Source of the DNA: the human T2T-CHM13v2.0 reference genome, Homo sapiens
Direction: 5' to 3' (one strand)
Assembly: GCF_009914755.1 (NCBI RefSeq)
Contig: NC_060928.1
Length of the DNA: 64,000 bases
In this document: one piece after another, positions 27,501 through 39,752 of the stretch
Position numbering within the stretch: the stretch's first letter is position 1
Layout: the number at the start of each line of letters is the position of its first letter
The notes under the pieces: model-generated
Told to the model about the DNA's origin: nothing
The model's input: only the letters and a program-made list of their open reading frames with translations
Database searches by the model: none
Made by a program: the position numbers and the translations under genes

Positions 27501-28988
27501 AGCTACCATTTGATCCAGCAATCCCGCTGCTAGGTACATACCCAAAAGAAAGGAAATCAGTATATAGAAGAGATATCTCCACTCTCATGTTTACTGCGTC
27601 ACTATTCACAATCGCCAACATTTGGAAGCAATCTAAGTGTACATCAACAGATGAATGGATAAAGAAAATGTGGTAAATATACACAATGGCATACTATTCA
27701 GCCATAAAAAGGATGAGATTCTGTCATTTGCAACAACATGGATGGAACTAGAGGTCATTATGTTAAGTGCAATTAGCCAGGCACAGAGAGATGAAACTTC
27801 ACATATTCTCACTTATTTGTGGGAGATAAAAATTAAAACAATTGAACTATGGAAAGAGAGAGTAGAAGGATGGTTACTAGATGCTGGGAAGCATAGTGGG
27901 GTGGGGGAAGCAGTGGAGATGGTTAATGGGTAAAAACAGTAGTTAGAAAGACAGGTAGAAAACAGTATTTGCTAGCACAGAACAGTAACTGTAGTCAAAA
28001 ATAATTTAACTACACTTTTAAAAATAATGAAGAGTATAATTGGATTGTTTGTTACACAAAGGATACATGTTTGAGGTGATGAATACTCCATTTACTCTGA
28101 TGTGATTATTTTACTTTGCATTTCTGTATCAAAATATCTCATATACCGCACAAATATATATATTTTATATTTATATTATAAATATTATATATATAAATAT
28201 ATAAATATTATAAATATATATTTATATATATATATAAATATATACTTATATATAAATATATATAAATATATACTTATATAAAAATATATATAAATATATA
28301 CTTATATAAAAATATATATAAATATATATTTATATAAAAATATATATAAATATATATTTATATAAAAATATATATAAATATATATTTATATAAATATATA
28401 TAAATATATATTTATATAAAAATATATATAAATATATATTTATATAAAAATATATATAAATATATATTTATATAAAAATATATATAAATATATATTTATA
28501 TAAAAATATATATAAATATATATTTATATAAAAATATATATAAATATTATATATTTATATAAAAATATATATAAATATTATATATTTATATAAAAATATA
28601 TTATATATAGTATATAATATATATTTAATATTTATTTATTATATATTTATTATTATTATAAAAATTAAGTATTAATTATTATAAATAATAATTATTAATA
28701 TATTAATATATTAATATATATTAATATTATATAATAAAATAAATATATATTTATATATATATTTATATATAAATATATATATAAATATATATATGATAAA
28801 TATATATTTATATTTATATACATATATAGTTATAATATATTTATATAAAATATATTTATATATTTTATATAAAATATAATATTTATATATTTTATATAAA
28901 TATAACTATATATGTATATAAATATGTTACAAATATATATATTTATTATATATATATATAGTATGTACCCACAAAAATTAAAAATAAA
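21522..28988 (+). mobile_element. Near full-length L1MA1-3 (L1MA2-like) LINE-1, inactive
   Basis: 5' end GGGGCAGACCAACATGGCTAAATAGAAGCC; ORF1 relic 23393-23605; ORF2 relics 26458-26688 ([25 protein letters not shown]) and 27215-27397 ([11 protein letters not shown]); 3' end TATGTACCCACAAAAATTAAAAATAAA; TSD 21504-21521 / 28985-29002 (16/18); multiple stops and frameshifts. Confidence 0.93.
28153..28960. repeat. ~800 bp AT-rich low-complexity expansion inside the L1MA 3' end
   Basis: Tandem 26-29 bp units TATATAAATATATATTTATATAAAAA; the L1 3' terminus resumes at ~28960. Confidence 0.95.
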
Positions 28989-31126
28989 GTTTAACTCTTC
29001 TAATACCTCTTGGTCTTACTTGTTTTACAAAGAGAAACTCTTGAAGCATACAAAAGTATATGCTAAGAACCTAAAATTGCTCTAAAAATAAAATAGAATG
29101 AAAAACAAGACCTTAAAGAAGAAAAAAGAAAACAGAGAAAAACCAAAATACTATATGAAGGAGCAATGAAAGCTTCCATTCAGAAAAAAGAAAATAAACC
29201 AAATAGTATACTCCATCATAAAATCATATCTTTCTACTGCATTTTCTATGTTCCTTACCACCCCACGCCCATGTCCTCCTTTCTCGTCTTACTAGCCTGA
29301 ACTCCATTTCTTACTTTCTAGCCTTACTAGCCTGAACTTACATTTCTTTTAGACTTGTAAACACACAACTCCCTGATGCCTTCCTCTCTCTAGGGTATTT
29401 GCTTGGGTAAAGCATAATTCTTTAAGCCACATCTAACCCTCCTTGGGGTCTGAAATCACAAAGTTGCATGTAGTTGGAGGGAAGCACTCAGGCAAGAAAG
29501 CTTTGACATCGTTTGTGATCTCTCATCTCAAGTGGGAGCTTAATGGTACCCAACACCCTTTGTCCTATAATGCATTCACTTTCCCCCATTCCCCCAAGAG
29601 TATTCCACATCTTTCTTTCTTGAAGCAGAAATATCTCCTCTCCCATCTTTCCTCAGGTTATGGCCTCTTTTTCTCTATTTCTCAGAGGAAAGAAAGAAAA
29701 AGAAATAAATAAACTCTCACCACCATATGTACATTTCTTTTTAGGTGATGGAGGGGTCTGGGTACAAAAATGTCTTTACGTTTTTTAAGAAATACACACT
29801 TGCAGAAAGAATTCTCACCTCTTATCTATATGATTCCTGTCTCTGAACTTATTAGTATGAAATCCAGTGTCAGGGGTGATAAATTACAGATTCTTAATCA
29901 ATGAAAGATCAATGAACCAAAGAACAAAAAGGTGATAGGGAAGAATTCATCAAAGAAAGTATGCATATCACCTTCATTTGCGTTCTATTTAATCATTTAT
30001 CCATAAGACAATACCCATTGAACCCCTATTATGAGTAAGGAAGTAATAAACATTTTATGGATAAATGAATAAATACACTTAAGGGGGAAAAAATTCCAAA
30101 ATAGAGCCCCAAATTCCAGGAAACTTTTAATAATATAGTTAAATATCTCTAAAAAAAATTCCTTTCAACATAAGATTAGTAACCACTAGTGAATGTTCCT
30201 AAAATGAAGATGAGTGTGTCAGTGCTAACAATGCTACCATATAATTTATTATACTGGTTGAGAGATTTTATTGTTTACTTTCTTTCATTTTTTTGAAAAT
30301 ATAATCATCAAGGATCTGCTACACAGTTATCACAATATTTTGGAATGACATACTAATATATTTTATTTGATAATAAGCTACTGGACACTTACAGGGCCAA
30401 AAAAAGAAATATAATTTAATATAAAATAATTGATGTGTTATTTATTTTCCCTTTTTTGAAATAAATGACATATTTTCAAATGTGGATGTATAGACTATAT
30501 ATTTGTATATATAGCCTATATGTATACTTTATATGAAATTATTAAATGAGGAAAAAAATTCACAACTAAAAACTGGTGAAATTTCTTAACTGAAGCAAAT
30601 ACCAAATGTAAACATGCAAGTAAGATCATTAAGATAGATAACAAAGCCCGCGGACTCAAGAACATATTTTGCAATTGCAGCACAATCCTAGAAAGGTTTT
30701 CATAATTTGAACAGTCACAGTGATCACTTTTTTTTTCATGAGACCTAATCCCAGCCAAACAGAATGAGGCCCTCACTGACAGGATGATCACAATTAGCCC
30801 CATCTGACCTATTCACTCTAAACAAACTATTAAAAGACATTATTCTACATAATACTTGCTTAATTTTTTAAAATAACAATTAAAAATTTTTAGGACTAAT
30901 TTCTAACCAGATACTAAAAGTAAATATCTCAGCTTATCTCTAGTTAACATTAATTCATCCTAATGTGCGAATATGCAATGTCATTATCATAGTTGAGTTA
31001 TGGGAAGATTGCTGACAAAGGCCAAAGCAGGTTGTAAATTTTGAAAAGCATCCTGTTGCCAGAGTTGATGACTGAATTCATAACAATAGACTATAAAAGA
31101 TAGTGCCACTAGCTTAAAAGTAGCAC

Positions 31127-31436
<310 letters not shown>

Positions 31437-32889
31437 TAAGAAGCTTTAGTTTGGTGAAACATTCAACAGGAAATATACTAGCATCTTAAATCTATATATA
31501 TGCTTTATCACTCTTAAAAACTATTAGCTCATAATACCTGAGTGCAATATAATTTGCTGAAAATGTCTAAATCATATGAATCCCCTAGAGGAGTGTCTTT
31601 CACAGAGGATAGAACAGTAAGTAACCATAAACACTTTAAAAATAGAGCAAAGTGTTCTAAAAATGACTCTTCTAAAATGTTACAAGTATGCAACTCCTGT
31701 CAGTTTTTTAAATATAAATTGCTTAAATAGTGTATTAAAGCATATTTATGACTAGATAGGTACTGACTTGTTATGGTTTAAGGGATTTTGTCAGGGTCTG
31801 CCTACCTACTTCATTCCCATATGAAAGAAACAATGGGTTCACTCTTTTCCTAAGTAAGATCCAGGACTCTTGCAGGAAAACATAGGGATTGAGGGGGCTG
31901 TCATGTCTCCAAAAGATTGTCATGTCTCCAACAGGAGGTGGAAAAGATGGGAAAGGGTAGGAAAACATCAAGACTTCACCATTCCTTTGTATTACTGCTT
32001 TAAAATTGTTCCATTACGGACCTGGTTTCAAATAGTTCTATGTCAGGTGAAACGCAGAAATAGGAAAGAAATGAGGTTTGGAAGAAGCCTCACAAAATTG
32101 CCTTAGAATGAAAACAGATAGAAATACCATGGGGTGTCATCAAGGAGAGACCCCATCAAAAATTTCCCTAAAATATATGCTCCAAGGACTCTGTTCAAAA
32201 GTGCTCTTTTTTTAAAAAAAAAATCATATATATTAGATGTGTTAAGTGTAAACCAAGAACTACATGAAAGTAGGCCTGTGTGCTTGTCTGTATACTTGTA
32301 TAAGCATATCCAAGGACGCTGGATAACTAGATTTCCTCCCCTATCATCAGGCTATTTCAGTATCAGGTGATTTGCCTGCTTGATCATATTGATTTTGTAT
32401 CTTAGCAGCAGGTAGAAAGAATCAACGTGAAAAGGTCAACATGTCAAGAGAAGAAGTGCAAATCTTAGGCCAATTGTTGTAGTATGAAAAATACTCAAAG
32501 TCAATGCCAGTGACAAACTAAAGCCAGTTGAGCTTTTTTAATCTCACTTTAGTCCAAACCACTGCATTTTAATTACTGACTAATTTCTGAAGTACATTGC
32601 TACTTAGATTCGTATTGAACAACTCTATAAATCTTTTTCTACACAGTAACCTAACATTTTGCTTTTTAATCCTGTGCTTTATGATTATACATTTATATGA
32701 GTATGCACTTGGCATGGCAGGAGGGTTCTTCTTACAATTTTTTTTTTTTTACCATTAACTATCTTTTAGGTTTTGCTCTCAATTAAACACAAGTTTGCAT
32801 AAGTAAAAAGGCCACAGTTTTCAGCAAAAAACTATCCCAGCTACTCAGCCTTAAAACACCATCTAATTATCAGAATAGGAATAAGAATG

Positions 32890-33383
32890 GGTTTCAGTCA
32901 GTGTCTGAGCAGATAGATGGCACATTCAAAGGATTAACTGATAAAAACTTTACCTAAGGGTCTATTAAGGGAGAAGTTGGCAGGATTAAAGGAACAACCA
33001 AAGGCAGGATACATGCCAAGTTTCAAGCAACAGCAGTAAACCTCATTACCTACCCATAGGCCTACGGTACAAGAAAGAAGCAGGATGTAATGGTACCAAC
33101 ACCAAGAGGAAGCGGCATCTGTGGAAGATCACCCACCGCACAAGGGCTATGGACAAAGGTGAAGAGTATCTTTTTCCATGAAGAGAGGGAATGAATGTCT
33201 CAGCCTCTCTCAGCTGCAGTGCTTTGCTCCTTCATTTGCTGCTTCCCACTCTCTAAACCCAATAAGAAGCCATTCAGGAAGGGAGTGTGGCTAAAGGAGG
33301 TTATAGGACCATCTGAGGCACAGAGCAGAGAAGAAATATGCAGAGAACAAAGTTGAAACAGCCAGCTGAAAATCACCAGCGCA
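32890..33383 (-). mobile_element. Ancient MaLR LTR, MLT1M/N-like
   Basis: CAGTCAGTGTC..AGATGGCACATTCAAA..GGCAGGATTAAAGGAAC..CATTACCTACCCATAGGCCT..AAATCACCAGCGCA. Confidence 0.55.
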
Positions 33384-33429
33384 AAGTGAGAGAAAGAGGG
33401 GAAAACTTCCCTTTTTAATTGTATTCAAG

Positions 33430-35690
33430 AGATTAAAAAGTCACAGGTGAATGTTCATGCTCCAGGAATACCAGACTAGCTTATAGCAGACCAAACTCTC
33501 CTCTAAAATAAACGAGAGAGAGGTCAATTCGACAAACAAACAATGAGAAAATACACATCTATTTGAAGGCATCGGAGAGCTAGCAAGTGAGTCAGTACTT
33601 GAAGAGCCAAAATCCTGGAGAAGAGGGACTCATGGACGAAAACCTAATAGCTATGCCACTTCTCAGTAACAGGTAAAAATACCTTTTTCTAAGTTGAGAA
33701 AAAGATGCTGATAAGCTAAGTAGAAGGGCTGTGAAGAGACAGAGAACCCGAACAGAGTTTCTTCCCATTTCTTAGGACTGGGAGATGAAATTCAGGGATC
33801 CTAAGACAGCCAAGATTAAATATACGAGCTCCCTCAAGAAAGGAAAAATAAGAAGGCTTGCACGTGTCTCCTCTAATTCTCACAAATTTATAAGCAGTGC
33901 AGGTACAGAAAAAAATTATGAGGAATCCAGTATGGAGGAGTGAGCCTTTAAATGTAATTTTCAGCAGTCACAGAGTGGCAGGGAGATAAAGTGTGACAGA
34001 CAAGACTTGGCAATGAATAGAGCTTCTAGTAAATTCCTGAGACTTTCACTTGAGATTTCTGAAAATAAATAACTCTGAGTAATGCAGAACAAGAAACAGA
34101 CCAGGTCTTTTGGGTACTAAAACTCAGCCTTGATATGACTCAAACCCGTGTTGTGGTAAGGTGCTATGTTTCCACGTTAACCATGTGCTAAAGATAGTGT
34201 CTCATTCAGAGTTGCTACAGTGTTCATACTAAGACTCCAGCATTCATGGAAAGTTAACAGGCATAGCAAGAGACAGGACTAAGAGAAAAAAAAACAATAG
34301 AATCAGATGCACACATGAAAATTATGAGATACTATGTTAAAATAATTTAAAATAATATGCTTAGAAAATAGCAGGAAATATGTTAAATTTCACCAGGGAA
34401 CTGGAGCCTATAAGAAGATTATATAGCTACGGGAAACATAATATTTGATATTGCGAACAACTAACAGATTAGATTCAACCAGAGAGTGGGAGACTGAAGT
34501 TTATGAGCCAAATCTGGCCTATTCCTTGCTTTGAGAGATATTTTTCTTTGAAATACAATTATGCCCATCTGGTTACATATTATCTGTGGCGGCTTTTATG
34601 CTAAATGTAGAGTTGTCTAGCTGTGAACCAAGGCTGTATGTCCCGCAAAGTAAAAGATATTTGCTATCTGGCCTTGTACAGAAAAAAAAAAAAAATGACA
34701 CAAGAATTAGTCAAGGAAGAATATCTGATTGAAATATATTTCAGGACAAAATTTCCAGAATGAAGCACCAAAATAATATTTTAAATGAAAATAAAATTGA
34801 AGCATAAGATAAAATATTGGTCCTGGGTAACTTATGTATAATTATAATTAAAGAAAGAAGGAAAAAGTAATACTGCTGTAATACTTGAAATAATTGTTGA
34901 GGTATTTTTAAAAGTAGTGAAATGTGCTATAGATTCAAGAAATATGATTTTCATGTTGGGGAATAGAAACAAACATATAAAAACTAACCAGGCACAATAA
35001 AGCATAAGGTAAAGGGAAAATGTAAGGTAAAAGGAAAATGCAGTTGTTAGGAAGTAGGGAAATACGAGATGGTTGCCTTCAAAGGGGCAACAATGAAAAT
35101 TAAGAGCTAACTATTCTCAACTCAAATTATGAAAGCCAGAAGACAGGGGAAAGTTGTTAATAACAGAAGTTAATGATTTTAAACATCTTTAAAGTCCTGA
35201 ACGAAAATAGCTTCCAGAACAGAAGTCTGTATCCATACACTTCAAATTGCAGAAGAAAAATAAATATCTCTAAACAAACTAAAACAGAGAATTCATCAGC
35301 AGTGGGCTCACATCAGAAACAATTACTAAAAGTAATTCTTCAGGTAGGAGGATATGATAACAGAGAAAAGCACTAAAATTCAGTAAGCAATAAAGAGTAA
35401 TGAAAAGGAAAAATATGTGGTAACCTAAATAAATATTAAGGCTTTAATAACATCTCATGGAGTACAAAATATATGTAAATAAAATGACTTATGCATGCTC
35501 TATGTCCCAGAAATTTCACTCCTATAAAAATACCCAAGAGGTATCTGTATGTGTACAGACACATACACACACCCCAAAAGGCATGAGGAAGAAAATTCCT
35601 TGCAATATTAATTTTAATGGCAAAAACCTGGAAACATAATAAGTGTAGCTCCAATTATAGTTAAGATATAGAAAATTACAAAAGATGATT
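33430..35690 (+). mobile_element. Very old L1 (L1ME/MC-type) 5'/ORF1 and 3' relics
   Basis: TTCACCAGGGAACTGGAGCCTAT, ATAGATTCAAGAA, TATGAAAGCCAGAAGACAG..ATCTTTAAAGTCCTGA, AATGGCAAAAACCTGGAAACA. Confidence 0.6.
34480..34695 (+). mobile_element. MER58A DNA transposon nested in old L1
   Basis: GAGCCAAATCTGGCC..ATGCCCATCTGGTTACATATTATCTGTGGC..GTATGTCCCGCAAAG..TATTTGCTATCTGGCCTTGTACAGAAAA. Confidence 0.78.
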
Positions 35691-35732
35691 GCTTCCTCTT
35701 TGAAATGAAAAATGAAAGCAAGTCAAATAAAT

Positions 35733-36259
35733 TACAAAAGTTATATATATACTTTTGTAAATATATATACACAAAAGTATATATATATACACTTTTGTAA
35801 TATATATATACACAAAAGTATATATATACACACTTTTGTATATATATACTTTTGTGTATATATATATACACAAATATATATACGTATATGTATATATATA
35901 TAAAAGTATATATATGAGTATATATACTTTTATACATATATAGTTTTGTATATATATACGTATATACTATATACGTATATATATACATATATACTATATA
36001 CGTATATATATACACATATATACGTATATAGTATATATGTATATATACACATATAGTATATATACGTATATAGTATATATGTATATATACACACATATAG
36101 TATATATACATATGTATATATACACACATATAGTATATATACATATGTATATATACACATAAATACACATATAGATGTATATATATAAAAGTATATATAT
36201 ACTTTTATATATATACTTTTGTATATAGATATACTTTTGTATATATACATATATACTTT

Positions 36260-36293
<34 letters not shown>

Positions 36294-36320
36294 CTTTTGT
36301 GTATATGTATATATATATAT
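35733..36320. repeat. Complex (TA)n/(TATG)/(TACG) microsatellite with internal palindromes
   Basis: Visible directly; source of the Y/I-rich ORFs in the track. Confidence 0.95.
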
Positions 36321-36424
36321 CCCACCATAGAGAAAATTAGAGGCACTGAATTCCAGATATAGACAAATGCTTCTTGGGACAGAAATGACCAATGGTTGCC
36401 TTCAACACTGGGGCCATGGTAAAT

Positions 36425-36593
36425 GCAAGAGAAAAACTGGAATGCTCCCAACACAAAGAAATGATGAAGGTTTGAGATGATGGATCTTTCAATTACCCAA
36501 ATTTGATCATTACACATTGTATGCTTGTATCAAAAAATCACATATACCCCATAAATATGTGAAACTATTACATATCCATAAAAATTTAAAAAA
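36425..36593 (+). mobile_element. L1MA4/5-like extreme 3' end
   Basis: GAATGCTCCCAACACAAAGAAATGATGAAGGTTTGAGATGATGGAT..GATCATTACACATTGTATG..CCCCATAAATATGT; possible TSD AAGAGAAAAA / AAGAGGAAAA. Confidence 0.85.
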
Positions 36594-39489
36594 GAGGAAA
36601 AGGAACATCAGCACAATATGTAACACAATTTAAACTGCCACTTGTGGGCTGGTATGAGGGAGTAGAATTCTTAAGAGCCCTAGTCACAAAATGTGTTCTG
36701 ACCTGCCTACCAATTCTTTTCCACAGGACCTTGACTGAGCACCTAGGGGCCATATGAGGAAGCCTGAGTCCCGGGCAAGAGTGAGGAGAGATCTGCCCTA
36801 GAGTGCACAGAGCAGCAGAAAGCTGCAACAGGCTGGCTCAGGCAGAGCAATCAAGTGAGGGGAACCCCCCACCCACGTAGTACACAGACCTTCATGAAGA
36901 GTTATAGGCTAGAACTTGCCCAAAGCCAGGGTCGATGCCGGATTGTGGACAGAACATGCCCTGGGCTTTCAGGAAGTACAAAACAGCAAGCAACTGAGGT
37001 CTGGGGGCAGAGCAGCAGGGTGGGAAGGGCTCTCCCAGAAGGTGAAAATCCAAGGGAGGCTCTGGGGAGCAAAGTGCAATCTCCAGTTATCCTGAGAACT
37101 GATGGTTAGGCTGCAAGGAATAAAGAGATTTCTGGAAGTCAATGCACACATTCCAGGGAAAGACCTAGTCTCATTCTGCATCTTTGAAACAGAGGAGAAC
37201 AAAGTCTGACTAAAATGCAACAAAGCTTAATAAGACCCAACAGACTGTGCCATGAAACCCAGCACAAATACAAATTAGGATGACTCTGACTCCACTTTGG
37301 TAGCACAGCAGAAAAACAGTGAGAGGAAATGGCACCTTCCTCAGTTTCTACTAATCTTTTACATAAAATGTTTGGTATGCAGGATTATGTGACCTATAAT
37401 TAGAAGCATGAGATCCTTTTGGTCAAACCAACATATGAGCTCTGATCTCCTGCTTGAAAAGTTCTTTCAGTATTATAACACCCTCTCCTACTTGCCAGAC
37501 TGTTTGAATTTTGCTAAGCAATAATGTATTGAATGTGATGTTTCTTTCTATGTGTGTATGATTATAATTAATCCAAAAAGTAAACAACCTAGATCCGGAA
37601 GTAATTTTATAGCTTATAGAACATAATGAGAATCACACATCTTATTTAGGTGCTTTCTTACTAGAGGAGCTCCATAATCACTTATAAATCCAGTGTAATT
37701 ATTTCCTTACTTTTCTTTCGGTTACTGCTCCATAAGATTTCAAAGAATGCCTACCTCTAAAGTTCACTCTTAATTAAATAAATTCATCCTAATAATACCT
37801 AGAAATACCCATATTAATCTTTTTAAAAGGCAGTGACGTTATAGAGTCAGAAGGTCCTTGTGAACAGTTCATATCTTTAGAGATGGTCTCATTTATTTTG
37901 ACTGTGTCTATATTTTATGATTGCTTATGTAGCATTTTCAACTTTAAAATTCATGTCAATGAATCCTTCTCAACACCAGCTGCCATCTCAGTTAAATCTT
38001 AAATAGACAAATTGCTCATATTTCATGTACAGTTATTCTTGAAGAAGCTTCATCAAAGTGGCATTATGCCCTGTTTTACAAGTATGTTATATTTTTTCTA
38101 CAGGAAAAAAAAGAAAACTTGGCATTTGTTGATCAGGAAGCATAAATGCTGGCTTCTTTTGGCTATTTTGTTACTTTCTTCCTAAATACTCAGGGGTCAA
38201 TAGCAAATCTATGAGAAGGGATTTCATGTAACCCATATCAACTTTCCCATTTTCATCCCCCCTTCTACTATTATCCGCTGCTGGTTTAAGCCCTTCTTAC
38301 TTGTACTTTGATTATTTCAGACTCTCACTGTTCTCTCAGTGACCAATCTCAGCCCTTCCAATTTATCTACATGCCTAGAAATCTGGGCCGAATCAAGAAG
38401 TTCATCATGTTCCCAAGTACATGAAAGGTGAACCAACAGCTGTAATATACAAAAGCTAGCTCACTGCAATTTTAAGTTCTGAACTAGAAGGCGGGGTGGG
38501 GGAGGGGGGGAACACCATTTCCTTTTCACTATGGAGAATAACAAAAATAATCTGTAATGGCAATTCTATAGTTAAATAGAAAGAAAATTCCTATTGATTA
38601 TGTTGGAATGTAGGCTCTAAGAGAGGTGAAGAGCAGCATTTCAACAATCTCTCACATAGAGGGTGTGATCAGAGAGTAATCATATATACTTTGGTGAAAG
38701 GATGGAGTGAGGATATGAAATAATTCCCAATAAATACATATGAGAGCAGATGTTTTAGGATTTGACATCCCCAAGTCTTATAAAGAAATCTTTTGATGAT
38801 TTTTATTATAATATCCCTTAAAAATAAGTTCTGCCAATAAATAACAGGTTACTAAAGTTTTCAGAATGAATAACAAAGGTTTATATCATCTCTTAACAAA
38901 ATACTCATCTCCAAAGTAACATCTGTTGAAGTCATTTAAACCATCATGAGAAATACTTGCATTATTATGTAGCAAAAATAAACCACAAGTGAAGGGCTGA
39001 GGGATGACATCAGTCATAGACTTGTTTGTTTGATGCATATCAGAAAAACAACACATTTGAAGTATTTAAATAGAGAACGTTATGTCTATAACATAATGGG
39101 TACTCTGCTACCCACTATTTCACGTTAACATATATTTAACAATTTTCATTACCTGACTGAGCCCAGAAGACATGTGGATGTGATCTTGTGTGATCATCAC
39201 TACTGTCCTGTCAAATAATCGTTTTTCTTCTTACTAATGCCCCAAAGGTTTCAACCAAAAAAGAAAAAAGGAAAGAAAGAAAGAAAAGAATAAACCCCTT
39301 TCTGATGAAAATAGCTACATTTAAAAATGGGTAAATCGCTTCCACTGAAATATTTTATGTTAAAGCAGTGTATCTCTTAAATTACATACATGGTAGATTT
39401 TATGTTTCTATAAATAAGGGTCATAAACAATGTACACATACATATCTTTGTATATTAAATGCAAGTTTCAAAATTACACCTAATTTCAA

Positions 39490-39752
39490 GAGGCACAATA
39501 ATTATGTGGTTGACGAGTTAGACTCTGGATCCAGGGTTTCTTAGTTTAGATCCTTGCTCTATCACTTTCTAGCTATGAAGCTTTGGACAAGTTATTTAAA
39601 AACATTGTGTTTCAATTTTCTAATATATAAAGTGGAAATGACAGTATTTTATCCTAGAGGGTTGATGTGAGGATTAAATGGACTAATATATATAAATTAC
39701 CTACCACCATATCTGGTACATAGTAAGGTTGTAGAAATTTTAGATATTATAA
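39490..39752 (+). mobile_element. MIR, near full length
   Basis: GACTCTGGATCCAG..CTAGCTATGAAGCTTTGGACAAGTTATTTAA..GTTGATGTGAGGATTAAATG..CTGGTACATAGTAAG. Confidence 0.85.

Noticed and set aside
23393-27933. L1 ORF1/ORF2-like peptides as active CDS
   Set aside because: Fragmented by stops, frameshifts and deletions; reported as part of the dead L1MA element.
28230-28600. Regular 26-29 bp palindromic repeats resembling a CRISPR array
   Set aside because: No unique spacers, pure A/T, mammalian context and no cas genes.
35614-36517. Longest ORFs in the track (184, 195 and 132 aa, Y/I/C-rich)
   Set aside because: Translations of the TA/TG microsatellite; not coding.
36600-37400. GC-richer block as a promoter or exon
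   Set aside because: Few CpGs, and its 3' part resembles an old L1 5' region; I could not assign it confidently either way.
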